From positions 1 through 64,000 of the forward strand of contig CAZOYD010000011.1 of the NCBI GenBank assembly GCA_964583985.1: a stretch of DNA of 64,000 nucleotides, read 5' to 3'. Positions 20,993-30,624 of this stretch are shown here, piece by piece. The position numbers and the translations under genes were made by a program. Position 1 is the first letter of the stretch, and each line of letters begins with the position of its first letter. The notes below the pieces were generated by a model that did no database searches, was not told where the DNA came from, and saw only the letters and a list, made by a program, of their open reading frames with translations. The DNA is from an uncultured archaeon (lineage in GTDB: Archaea; Asgardarchaeota; Lokiarchaeia; Sigyniarchaeales; SOKP01).

Positions 20993-22412
20993 TTTGATTT
21001 GCAATTCTTTTACCTCTCAAAAATGAAAGAAGAGCCGCAATAAAACAAATTATTGTTGAAACAATTAATGCTATTTGCATACCCATGGTAAATTCCATTT
21101 TGACCAACGGATCGGTTATTACAGCTGGATTTGATAATATTGGATTCAATAGGGTAATAGGGATAAAATTTATCAATATTGCACTTAATAACGCTACACT
21201 TATGGATTGCCCTACAACACGCATGGTTGAGAGCGTCCCCGCAGCTATTCCATGATCTCTTGGTTCTACTGCATTCATAATTGCTGAATTATTAGGAGAT
21301 GAGAAAAATCCAACCCCCAACCCCACAATAAATTGGGTTATAATTATGAGCATTAATGGTAAAAAACCAATAACTATAATTGAAAGGATAAATCCCACCC
21401 CCATGATAATCATGCCTAATGTTGTTAAGATCCTCGTTCCATATTTATCAGAGAGTCTACCACTTATTGGCGCTACAATTGCCATTGTAATGGCTGTTGG
21501 GAGTAACAATAAAGCCGTAAAAGCAGGCGATATTCCTAATATTGATTGAAAATAAATTGACAATAAAAAACTTATCCCCGAAATCGCAATGTAGTTCAAT
21601 AAAGCTGCAAAATTAGCAAAAGAAAAGATTCTATTTACTCTAAACAAACTAAGTTTAATTAAAGGATATTTCGTTTTGCTTTCAGTATAAATAAAAAAAG
21701 TCATACTTGATATAGAAATGATAAATAATAAAAGAACTTCAAACGAAAGCCATCCCACGCTATTTGTAAAAGTTAGCGCTAAAAGAAGAGAAGATAAGAA
21801 CAATCCGAATAAAATAGTCCCCCGAATATCAAAACTTTCTCCCTTGATTCCTTGATCAACTTTTTTTAATTTAAACCAGCCAATAATAATAAGTAAGATT
21901 CCGATTGGAACATTAATAAAAAAAATGAGTCTCCAAGAAGAAAATTGGACAATAAATCCACCTAATACAGGTCCTATTACTAATCCAGCATAAATGGTCG
22001 CCACATTAATTCCTAAGGCTTTCCCGGTTTCTTCACGAGGAAAAATATCTGTTATCATCGAAGGAGCGTTTGCTGCAATAAATGAACTTCCAATTCCTTG
22101 AATTGCTCGAAAAATTACAATTATTATCCCTGAAGTTGCAAATGTAGTTAAAAAGCTTGATAAAGTAAAGAATAAGATTCCGAGGAGGAAGAAAGATTTC
22201 CTTCCTTTTAAATCTGACAACCTCCCAAATCCTATTAGAGACACAGCCATTACTAACAAATAAATAATAGGAATCCATTGCACGACTTCAAATGATGTAC
22301 CCAAATCCTTTGAAATTGAGGGAATTGCAATATTTACGATACTACCATCTAAAGAAGACATGAATACTCCAATGGTGGTTATAGCTAATACCTTCCATTT
22401 ATATTCTGCCAT
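20976..22412 (-). CDS. MFS drug:H+ antiporter (DHA2/EmrB-QacA type, about 14 TM)
   Basis: LDGSIVNIAIP, GRLSDLKGRK, FRAIQGIG, WRLIFFINVPIG. Confidence 0.9.
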   Translation of the reverse strand: MAEYKWKVLAITTIGVFMSSLDGSIVNIAIPSISKDLGTSFEVVQWIPIIYLLVMAVSLIGFGRLSDLKGRKSFFLLGILFFTLSSFLTTFATSGIIIVIFRAIQGIGSSFIAANAPSMITDIFPREETGKALGINVATIYAGLVIGPVLGGFIVQFSSWRLIFFINVPIGILLIIIGWFKLKKVDQGIKGESFDIRGTILFGLFLSSLLLALTFTNSVGWLSFEVLLLFIISISSMTFFIYTESKTKYPLIKLSLFRVNRIFSFANFAALLNYIAISGISFLLSIYFQSILGISPAFTALLLLPTAITMAIVAPISGRLSDKYGTRILTTLGMIIMGVGFILSIIVIGFLPLMLIIITQFIVGLGVGFFSSPNNSAIMNAVEPRDHGIAAGTLSTMRVVGQSISVALLSAILINFIPITLLNPILSNPAVITDPLVKMEFTMGMQIALIVSTIICFIAALLSFLRGKRIANQIIVEP

Positions 22413-22576
22413 TAGAATATGTGCTATTTTAAAGAGTTATAATATCAAGATTCTTCTTGGTTAAAAAGATTTTTATAATGAATTATTTATCGTTTACTAG
22501 AGGTAAAGCATATAGAATTAATTAATAACACCTTCCAGTAGATTTTTCATTTCTCTTCTAAAATAATAAGTCTTAT

Positions 22577-23005
22577 TTAATCGAGTGACATTTCTGCCGG
22601 AAGTATCCATACTGGAGGTTCTCGTCTAAGACCTTTACTTTTCAAGTATTCTAAATTTTTTTCATATTTTTTAAAAAATACTAATCCATACAAACATTTA
22701 CCATGATCGATAGCATCAAGAATGGATACTACTCCTTCGTAAAACATCTTTTCAAACTCATCTGGTGTGTAGCAGAAAGCGTCGATACCTAATCCTAAAT
22801 GAATATCAAAATTTTCAAGAACGATCGAAGAACGATTGATAAATTTATCTAGAAAATCACCAACAAAGATTATATCTATGTCACTATGAAGCGTGTAATC
22901 TTTCCGTGCTCTTGAACCAAAAAGAATAACACATCTTAAAGGGATTGATTTACCAACTTTATGAATTAATACGTTTAGAGCCTCTAAAATATCTTCATTG
23001 TTCAT
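22577..23005 (-). CDS. Minimal nucleotidyltransferase (MNT), putative antitoxin
   Basis: LFGSRAR.D....SDIDI motif; overlaps the HEPN gene. Confidence 0.88.
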   Translation of the reverse strand: MNNEDILEALNVLIHKVGKSIPLRCVILFGSRARKDYTLHSDIDIIFVGDFLDKFINRSSIVLENFDIHLGLGIDAFCYTPDEFEKMFYEGVVSILDAIDHGKCLYGLVFFKKYEKNLEYLKSKGLRREPPVWILPAEMSLD

Positions 23006-23408
23006 TTTTTTTACCTTTTTCTATCTCCTTCTTTACGAATTGGATTAATTTATCAGCTTGCTCGATTGCAATTTCTGCTTCTTGGTTATTATATGCGTTA
23101 TGAGGAGCTAAATCTGGAAGTGCATCTGGATATCTTGTGGTTATATAGTGCTTATCTAAATTCAATGCATAATTGCTTAAATCATCGAGATCTAACTTTT
23201 TAAGTTCTTTATATTTTTCAAGTAATGTAAAGATTGAATGCCCCCATCCATTAATGTTATTAAAGTATAATACAGCTTTTAAAGCTTTTTCTGCGGCTTG
23301 TTGTGAATGGAATACTACAGTATTATATCTCTTATTTTTAAGCAGAATTTTAGCATTTTCAAGATCCCATTCTGCTTCTTCTAGCCAATTGTTTGATTTG
23401 TTATTCAT
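22995..23408 (-). CDS. HEPN-domain protein, partner of MNT
   Basis: WLEEAEWDL, FHSQQAAEKALKA, GHS, YITTRYPD. Confidence 0.88.
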   Translation of the reverse strand: MNNKSNNWLEEAEWDLENAKILLKNKRYNTVVFHSQQAAEKALKAVLYFNNINGWGHSIFTLLEKYKELKKLDLDDLSNYALNLDKHYITTRYPDALPDLAPHNAYNNQEAEIAIEQADKLIQFVKKEIEKGKKNEQ

Positions 23409-23541
23409 AGGATAATTATTTTAGACGAATATGGTTACCTTAGATAAATATATTTTATTCTTTATAAATACTTTATAGCAAGAATTTTAATGATTTTTCT
23501 TATTATCTTAATCATTATCAAAAATAAACTTCAAATAAAAT

Positions 23542-25350
23542 TTGATGGTCAGTACCATAATGAATGACGACATAATTGAATGGGACTTAAGCGATTTTTA
23601 TGATGGACTCAATGATCCTAAGATTACGGGAGATATTCAAGAGATCACTACCCTGGCTGATACTTTCAAAATGGAAGTTAAGGGAAATCTTCAAGATCCC
23701 ATGCTTAAATCTGAAATTTTACTCGACTGGTATAAAAAATATGAGAACATTTCTGAAAAGTTATTTTACTTACAGAGTTATTCTAATTTAATTTATTCAA
23801 CCAATAATTTAAATGATGAAGTAAAAGCATTTTACTCAAAAGTAGAGGATTTTTCTGTAAAAATTCAAGAAAAATTAATTTTTTTCAATTTAGAGTTAAA
23901 TGAGATTTCTGACGAGAAATTTAGAGAACTAATAAATTCTCCCCAATTAGAAAAATACAAAAATGCTTTGAATAATAATCGTTTGAGAAAACCACATCAA
24001 CTATCGGAAAAAGAAGAGCAAGTTATTTTAATGAAAGATATAACAGGAACGAGTGGATTCTTAAAGCTTTATAATGAACTTAAAAGCAATTTTACTTACG
24101 ATTTTGAAGTTGAGGGCGTGACAAAAACACTAACAGAATCAGAATTATTCTCATACTTATACCAAGGAGACAACAATATTCGGAGGAGAGCTTTAGGAGC
24201 TATTGTTAAGAAATACAAGGAAAATGAAATGATATTTACCCATATTTTTACGAATATATTAAAAGATTGGGACTTAGGATCAAAAAAAAAGAATTTTAAA
24301 AGTCCAATTTCAAGAAGGAATTTAGCGAATGAAGTTAGTGATGATATTGTTGAAGTTTTGGGGAAAGTAACGTCTGAGAGTTATAAAGTCGTAGAAAGAT
24401 ACTATAATCTTAAAAAAAGAATTTTACAGCTCCAAGAATTACACATGTCAGATTTATATTGTCCGGTTGGTGAGATATCGAAAAAATATACATATGAAGA
24501 AGCAATGGAACTAATCAAAAAAGTTGATGAACATTTTTGTCCTGAATTTAAAGAGATCATTCAAAAGACCCATGAGCTGCAGCATATTGATGTCACTCCA
24601 AGAAAAGGAAAAAATCGGGGAGCTTTTTGTGAATTTGGAAAATTAAAAAAATATGCTTTTGTATTTGTCAATTTTACAAATACGGTTGATTCATTGCTTA
24701 CTTTAGCACACGAATTAGGTCATGCAATTCAAGCATTCTACATTCAAAGAGACCAAAACTTCATCAACTTAGGTTTGTCACTTGCAATTGCAGAAATAGC
24801 TTCGGTTTTTAATGAAATTTTAATGTTCGATCATTTAATGGAAATGGATCTGTCTAAAGATGAAAAAATCGCATTATTAGCGGTTTTTATGGAAAATAAT
24901 TTCTCCACTTCATTCAGACAAAACGCATTTTATAATTTTGAAACAAGAGTACATGAGTTGATAGAACAAAAATTACCTACGACTGAAGAGATAAAGAATA
25001 TTTTTGCTGATGAGATGGAAGCGATGTTTGGGAATTCGATGACTGATCTCCGGGAAGAATACGCAAACTATTGTTTTGTGGTTCCCCATTTCCTCCACAC
25101 TCCATTTTACGTTTATGCATATAACATGTCGAATTTACTCGTGATTTCATTATATCAATTATATCTTGAGCAAAAAGAGAAATTCGTCCCAAAATACGTA
25201 AAATTACTATCATTCGGAAGCTCCATTACTCCTGAAGAAATGCTCCAAAACTTAGATATTGATCTGAAAGATCCTAATTTCTGGAAGAAAGGAATTGCAT
25301 ATTTGGAAGAAAAGCAATCGGAATTAGAAACTTTAGTCGAAAATAAATGA
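23542..25350 (+). CDS. pepF: Oligoendopeptidase F (M3B family)
   Basis: WDLSDFY N-terminus, GKNRGAFC, TLAHELGH, AEIASVFNE, PHF.HTPFYVYAY. Confidence 0.92.
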   Translation: MMVSTIMNDDIIEWDLSDFYDGLNDPKITGDIQEITTLADTFKMEVKGNLQDPMLKSEILLDWYKKYENISEKLFYLQSYSNLIYSTNNLNDEVKAFYSKVEDFSVKIQEKLIFFNLELNEISDEKFRELINSPQLEKYKNALNNNRLRKPHQLSEKEEQVILMKDITGTSGFLKLYNELKSNFTYDFEVEGVTKTLTESELFSYLYQGDNNIRRRALGAIVKKYKENEMIFTHIFTNILKDWDLGSKKKNFKSPISRRNLANEVSDDIVEVLGKVTSESYKVVERYYNLKKRILQLQELHMSDLYCPVGEISKKYTYEEAMELIKKVDEHFCPEFKEIIQKTHELQHIDVTPRKGKNRGAFCEFGKLKKYAFVFVNFTNTVDSLLTLAHELGHAIQAFYIQRDQNFINLGLSLAIAEIASVFNEILMFDHLMEMDLSKDEKIALLAVFMENNFSTSFRQNAFYNFETRVHELIEQKLPTTEEIKNIFADEMEAMFGNSMTDLREEYANYCFVVPHFLHTPFYVYAYNMSNLLVISLYQLYLEQKEKFVPKYVKLLSFGSSITPEEMLQNLDIDLKDPNFWKKGIAYLEEKQSELETLVENK

Positions 25351-25443
25351 GATCTACTTTTTTAATAAATTTTTTTTATGGTATTCCATTTCTTTAACTT
25401 AAGTTTTCATTAAAATTCATAATTTTAAATTAAAGCAAAAAAC

Positions 25444-26934
25444 ATGACTGAAAATCAATCTGGTGAAAATAAAAAACAATATGATTATTCATTTGATTAC
25501 ATTCAAGGAAAGCTTGAAGGCAAGAAAGATTCATTCGGAATGCTCATGAAAGAGATCGTTCGTGCGGGTATATGTACGGAATGCGGAACCTGCGCGGCGG
25601 TTTGTCCCGTGCTTGAATGGGATCCACTAATCGGGCAACCCAAATTGATTGGAAAATGTACAGGATGTGGGATTTGTTACAACCAATGTCCCAGAACCAT
25701 AACAGATCCGATTCAACTCATGGGTGAATTTAAAACCGGTTATGTCGGAAATACAAATATTCCTGAAGTTATTGGGGGTCAAGATGGCGGAAGCATTACA
25801 TCACTCTTGTGTTACTTATTTGATGAACATTTAATCGATGCTGCCGTGGTTACCATGAAGGATCCTAAGAATCCTTGGCATCCAATTGCTCAAATCATTA
25901 CAACTAAAGAAGATGCAATAAAAGCTTCGGGTTCCATTTATTCTCATTCCCAAACCGTAGAAGCTTTAATGGATGCTATTAGACAAGATTATAGGTCCAT
26001 AGCTTTTGTGGGTACTCCTTGTAACATCGATGCTGTTGATAAAATGATGAGCAGCCCAGCAGGTATGTTAAAATACTTCATGAGAGCTCATGTACTAAAG
26101 ATTGGTCTCTTTTGCATGGATTCCTTCGCACCAGAAGCAATTTATTCCTTCTTTACCAAAGAAGGTATCGATTTAACCAAAGTAGAAAAGATGGATATCA
26201 GTAAAGGCAAGTTTCATATATATGAAAAAAATAAAGATGAGCCCGTGAAATCATATACCATTAAGGAGCTTGATAAGTTCAAATCATCAAGCTGTAATTT
26301 TTGCACTGATTTAACTGCTGAGAATGCAGATATTTCCGTTGGGTCCGTTGGAAGTGGTCCAAAGAAGAATACCATATTTGCTCGATCGGGAATTGGAACC
26401 GAAATTATCGAGGATGCTGCTAAAAAGGGATATCTAACCATAGAACCCTTTAATGCCATAAACTTAAATGCGGTTCTATTCTTAGCAAAACTAAAGAAAG
26501 TTTCTCAGTACAATATCCAAAAAAGGAAAGTTTTTATCGTTAGAGATTCTGAAGAAGAACCTCGAATCAAAACTGAACCCGAGTCAGATCAAACACCAGC
26601 ATCTCCAACTCTTGGAACTCGAAAAGTCTTGAGTGTATCAAAGACTTTAAATGAAGGTGAGAAAGTACTCAATATTTCTCTAACTAATAGCTTGGGTCAA
26701 GTTTTAGAAGATATAAAAATAAGGATCGTCAGTATTGAAGAATTATTTGAAAAAAGACCTTGGATTACCACGATAAAAGAATTATTTCCATATGAAACGA
26801 TCGAAATTGGATATCCTCTGGAAGTTGAAGAAGGGGAAATCAAATATGAAAATGTCTTAGTTGAAGCATCTACCGATGAGTTTGGTAAGATTTTTTCGAA
26901 AACTTTTAAATTAGAACCACCAGAAAAAAAATAA
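25444..26934 (+). CDS. Stand-alone FrhB/FdhB-family protein with ~130-aa C-terminal extension
   Basis: CTECGTCAAVCP, CTGCGICYNQCP, GQDGG, VGTPC, GLFCM, CNFCTD...DISVG. Confidence 0.88.
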   Translation: MTENQSGENKKQYDYSFDYIQGKLEGKKDSFGMLMKEIVRAGICTECGTCAAVCPVLEWDPLIGQPKLIGKCTGCGICYNQCPRTITDPIQLMGEFKTGYVGNTNIPEVIGGQDGGSITSLLCYLFDEHLIDAAVVTMKDPKNPWHPIAQIITTKEDAIKASGSIYSHSQTVEALMDAIRQDYRSIAFVGTPCNIDAVDKMMSSPAGMLKYFMRAHVLKIGLFCMDSFAPEAIYSFFTKEGIDLTKVEKMDISKGKFHIYEKNKDEPVKSYTIKELDKFKSSSCNFCTDLTAENADISVGSVGSGPKKNTIFARSGIGTEIIEDAAKKGYLTIEPFNAINLNAVLFLAKLKKVSQYNIQKRKVFIVRDSEEEPRIKTEPESDQTPASPTLGTRKVLSVSKTLNEGEKVLNISLTNSLGQVLEDIKIRIVSIEELFEKRPWITTIKELFPYETIEIGYPLEVEEGEIKYENVLVEASTDEFGKIFSKTFKLEPPEKK

Positions 26935-27005
26935 TTAAAATAAATTTTATTAAAAAATTAAATGGAATAAATTATTATAAAAAGCAATAATAACAAAATA
27001 GGTGA

Positions 27006-27920
27006 ATTAACGTTAAAATATCATTAATTGGGTTAGGAGGATGCGGAAAAACCTCACTCTATTCCGTGGCTTTTGCTGAGAAAAGCCCTGAAGATACAAA
27101 GGGCTTAAGCCCTACGATCCTTTATGAAACTCGAAGACATCCCTTTTTAGGATTACAAGTAGGCATCTTTGACTTCGGTGGGCAAGAAGAATATAGGAGA
27201 GAATACATGGATAAACCGGAAATCTTTCGCGGTACAGATATCCTTATACCCATTGTGGATCTTCACGATCCAAAGAATTTTGAACAAGCTAAGGAATACA
27301 TTAAAGGGATATTAGATATTTATCGAAAGAATAACGAAAAACCAAAAATTTTCTTGTTCTTGCACAAGTATGACACGGAGAAATATCAAAAAGAATTGCT
27401 TGATACTAATGTAAAGAAGGCAAAAGATATCTTTTTAGACATGTTTAAGGAATATGATTTCAATTACATGCTTACAAGTATTTACCTACAAGACGAGCTA
27501 GCTAAAATATTTCGAGACATTCTGATATCCTCTTATTCCAATTTGAAGGCACACGTGGAAAAAGCTGAAGCACAATTAGAAGAAATAAAAGCAAAAATCA
27601 TCATTTCAGATGTTTCAGGAAATGTAATTGTTCACAATGTTCAAGGTGTTAGTAGTGGATTGACATTAAGGGGAGATTTAAGAGATTTCATCAATGCATG
27701 CAATACTGTAAGAGAAAATATATTCATGTCCGATTCTGCAAATTTTAAAGGACGCAACGAAGAAGGTAAAGAAATTGAATTGCACATTTTCAAGTACATC
27801 ATCACAGTTTTAGTGATGAAATCTGGAGAAATCGACGGAGAATCTCAGAATAAACTCAACACGTTATTAAAAGACATGAATCTATTTGCAGATCTAATTA
27901 TAAGTGCTCATACGGATTAA
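27006..27920 (+). CDS. Rag/Gtr-like small GTPase with C-terminal roadblock/longin-like domain; non-canonical start
   Basis: P-loop KISLIGLGGCGKTS is encoded in frame upstream of the track start 27066; G2 SPT, G3 DFGGQ, IFRGTD, G4 HKYD, G5 TSIY; exact start uncertain (27006 or 27012). Confidence 0.85.
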   Translation: MNVKISLIGLGGCGKTSLYSVAFAEKSPEDTKGLSPTILYETRRHPFLGLQVGIFDFGGQEEYRREYMDKPEIFRGTDILIPIVDLHDPKNFEQAKEYIKGILDIYRKNNEKPKIFLFLHKYDTEKYQKELLDTNVKKAKDIFLDMFKEYDFNYMLTSIYLQDELAKIFRDILISSYSNLKAHVEKAEAQLEEIKAKIIISDVSGNVIVHNVQGVSSGLTLRGDLRDFINACNTVRENIFMSDSANFKGRNEEGKEIELHIFKYIITVLVMKSGEIDGESQNKLNTLLKDMNLFADLIISAHTD

Positions 27921-27925
27921 AAAAT

Positions 27926-27949
27926 TCTTTTTCATTTCTTTTTATTTTG
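27926..27949 (+). terminator. Oligo-T archaeal terminator-like tract
   Basis: TTCTTTTTCATTTCTTTTTATTTT immediately after the GTPase stop codon. Confidence 0.45.
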
Positions 27950-28137
27950 AATCTCTAAATTCGATGCTATGAGCCATTTTTTGTTGTTTGTGTTTTTTTA
28001 AAACACAATTTAAAATGGTTTCATTTGAATATTCATTCTTCTATGTTTCTCAAATTGAAAATTGGACTATAGAAAAAATATAAAGTGTCTTATTTATTTT
28101 ATTTCATAATCTGCATTCATGTAAGATATATAAGAAA

Positions 28138-28974
28138 ATGGTGAAATCTTTGCCTGATAATGATTTTTATAGATTATGGAACGAATTTGGAAGGAACATG
28201 AATCTTGTAGCCATTTTAACACTTTTGACCATTGTCACGGGCATTACTGGTTTTGTAGCAATTATTTTTGTCTTCATATCACTTGGAAATATTAGATTAA
28301 TTAATAATAATTTGAAAAGTTTGTACCTTTATGATTTTCGATCAAAAATGATTTCCTCTTTTATTTATAAGTTAATTTCTGTTTGTCTTTTAGCAGGAGG
28401 TATCGTTGGAATTGTATTTTCCTCATATTTTTGGGTTCATAACGAAAATCCTAATTACGCTGCATTGAGTGTAAATATTATTCTTAGTTGTTCTCCTGCT
28501 CTGATCGGGCTAATTCTTTTTATAATAGGTTTTTCAATTGAAATGAAATCGTGGGAAAATTTAAAATTGTACATTGTAGAAAACAAATCAATGTTTCCAG
28601 AATATATTGCACGTGAAACTATTGATGGAGCAGAAAAATTAAGAACATCAGCATTAATGTATGCACTTGGATTCTTAATAATCCCGATATTCATTGGATT
28701 CATCTTGCAAATTATAGGATTCTTTAAGTTAGCAAAATTTAATACCATGATTGGTTCAGAATATTTAGAAGTAAATATGGCCCCTCGATCACCAGTCCCC
28801 CCTCAGCCACCAGTTCCTCCTCAACCACCGAGTCTGCTACAAGTATCTTCAGTGAATACCATTTCAAATGTAAATCGAGTGGTTGGCATACGCCCTAAAT
28901 TCTGTCCTAATTGTGGCGCTGAAATTTTGGAAGAAGGCAGTTTTTGTCCTGATTGTGGTTCTTCATTCTCCTAA
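28138..28974 (+). CDS. Membrane protein with Pro-rich linker and C-terminal zinc ribbon
   Basis: Hydrophobic helices, PVPPQPPVPPQPP, FCPNCG...FCPDCG. Confidence 0.8.
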   Translation: MVKSLPDNDFYRLWNEFGRNMNLVAILTLLTIVTGITGFVAIIFVFISLGNIRLINNNLKSLYLYDFRSKMISSFIYKLISVCLLAGGIVGIVFSSYFWVHNENPNYAALSVNIILSCSPALIGLILFIIGFSIEMKSWENLKLYIVENKSMFPEYIARETIDGAEKLRTSALMYALGFLIIPIFIGFILQIIGFFKLAKFNTMIGSEYLEVNMAPRSPVPPQPPVPPQPPSLLQVSSVNTISNVNRVVGIRPKFCPNCGAEILEEGSFCPDCGSSFS

Positions 28975-29123
28975 CCTGAGATTACATTTATAACATTTTT
29001 TTAGTCTCATTTTGAAAAATCATATTTTAATGCATTTTATGAGTTCAATTATGATGAGTAAATTATAAACAAGAAGATTAGTAATTGATTTATGTGATAA
29101 AAATTTCAAAATTATGACCGATA

Positions 29124-29684
29124 ATGGAATGGTTTAAATCGCTTCTAACTAAAAGATTGGCTGAAACTCTAGATGATTTGAAAGATGATTCTAATTATTA
29201 TCAAATGAAGCTTCCCGTGAAAAAGGTAACGAGAGAATTTGAAAATAATTTAAGAAACATGGTAAGTCACGGTGTTTTACAAGCTAATATACGAATAGCT
29301 AATTTGGATGATATTGAAAGTTTTATGAAATTACATGAGGAAGCGTGGAAATCAACAAAAATGCAATACAAACCATTCTCAAGAGAATTATTAACTGAAT
29401 TAATTAATGACCAACATATTGTTTTTTTAATCGCTAAAGTGAATAACACAGATCGTGGATTTGCTATCATGTATTTCACTGGTGAGAATAAAGATATTGG
29501 AGTTATTACAGCTTTGGGGGTAGTTCCCAATTTCCAAGGAAAAGGTTTAGGTACGATGCTTGTTATTCAGATTTGGGAATACTTTAAAAAAAATGGTGCT
29601 GAAGAATTGCGATGTAGAGTGGAGAAGGATAACATAAAAGCGTACAATTTTATCAAAAGCCTTGGATTTGAGGAGGTTAATTAA
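29124..29684 (+). CDS. GNAT acetyltransferase
   Basis: V.PNFQGKGLG acetyl-CoA motif; N..AYNFIKSLGF. Confidence 0.88.
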   Translation: MEWFKSLLTKRLAETLDDLKDDSNYYQMKLPVKKVTREFENNLRNMVSHGVLQANIRIANLDDIESFMKLHEEAWKSTKMQYKPFSRELLTELINDQHIVFLIAKVNNTDRGFAIMYFTGENKDIGVITALGVVPNFQGKGLGTMLVIQIWEYFKKNGAEELRCRVEKDNIKAYNFIKSLGFEEVN

Positions 29685-29685
29685 A

Positions 29686-30270
29686 TTGGGCCGTTTTAAA
29701 TCATTTTTTATCAAAGTATATACGGATATCAAAAATCCATCACACAAAGAGCTTGATTTCATTCAAATGAGATTACCAGTTTCTAATATTTCAGAGGATT
29801 TTGAAAACAAACTAAAGGAGAAAATTGAAGGATCTCTTATTAATGCAGAAATACGTGAGGCAACGAGGGATGATATCGACCATTTAATCGAACTTCATGA
29901 TCGTGCTTGGCATTCCACTCCCATGCCTTATAGACCACTCACCAAGGAAAAGATAATTACCATGCTAGATGATGAGAATAATATATTCCTTATTGCTAAA
30001 ATAGATGGTGAAGATAAGGGTTTTGCTTTGATTTATTTTACTTCTAATAATCTGGTGGGCGTTATTGCTGGATTAGGAATAGTTCCAGAATTACAGCGAA
30101 AAGGATTGGGAACTATTTTAGGCATGGCAAGCTGGAATTTATTTAAGAAAAAAGGAGTAAAAGAGCTTCGTTGTAAGGTATATAGAGACAATAAAGCGTC
30201 TTATAACTTTATCCGCGGTCTTGGTTTTGAGGAGTATGATGAGAATTTTGTAACATGGAAATTATTGTAA
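29686..30270 (+). CDS. GNAT acetyltransferase, tandem paralog
   Basis: VPELQRKGLG, N.ASYNFIRGLGF; GGAGGT SD before TTG 29686; similar to the upstream gene. Confidence 0.88.
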   Translation: MGRFKSFFIKVYTDIKNPSHKELDFIQMRLPVSNISEDFENKLKEKIEGSLINAEIREATRDDIDHLIELHDRAWHSTPMPYRPLTKEKIITMLDDENNIFLIAKIDGEDKGFALIYFTSNNLVGVIAGLGIVPELQRKGLGTILGMASWNLFKKKGVKELRCKVYRDNKASYNFIRGLGFEEYDENFVTWKLL

Positions 30271-30444
30271 TTCCAGGATCACAAAAATCAAAATAACAGC
30301 ATCTTAATTTTAGTTATTTAAAGTTTTATATTCTCGCACTTTTTACTGTACATGTCCATGAATTTTGTCGATTTGAAAAACTTTATAATCAATTAATGAC
30401 GCTATTAACTCAGTTTAGATTACTTCCTTATTATGGTTAGTCTA

Positions 30445-30588
30445 ATGGATGATCAAGATTCCGAAAAAAAATCAGAAATATGGCTTAAATATTGCGAAGA
30501 TTGCATAAATTCTAAAATTAGAAGCGAAGATCGATCTCAATGCGATGCCTTTTGTACACACAATAAAGAAGATCCTCTCAAATCTTAA
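30445..30588 (+). CDS. Putative Cys-rich microprotein (47 aa)
   Basis: MDDQDSEKKSEIWLKYCEDCINSKIRSEDRSQCDAFCTHNKEDPLKS; followed by a T-rich tract; alternative in-frame ATG 30433. Confidence 0.5.
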   Translation: MDDQDSEKKSEIWLKYCEDCINSKIRSEDRSQCDAFCTHNKEDPLKS

Positions 30589-30624
30589 ATCTTTATATTT
30601 TTTTGATTTTTTTCGATAGTGAAT

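Noticed and set aside
26991-27005. Sec readthrough of TGA 27003 to supply a start for the Rag-like GTPase
   Set aside because: An in-frame TAA lies at 26991-93 with no start codon in between
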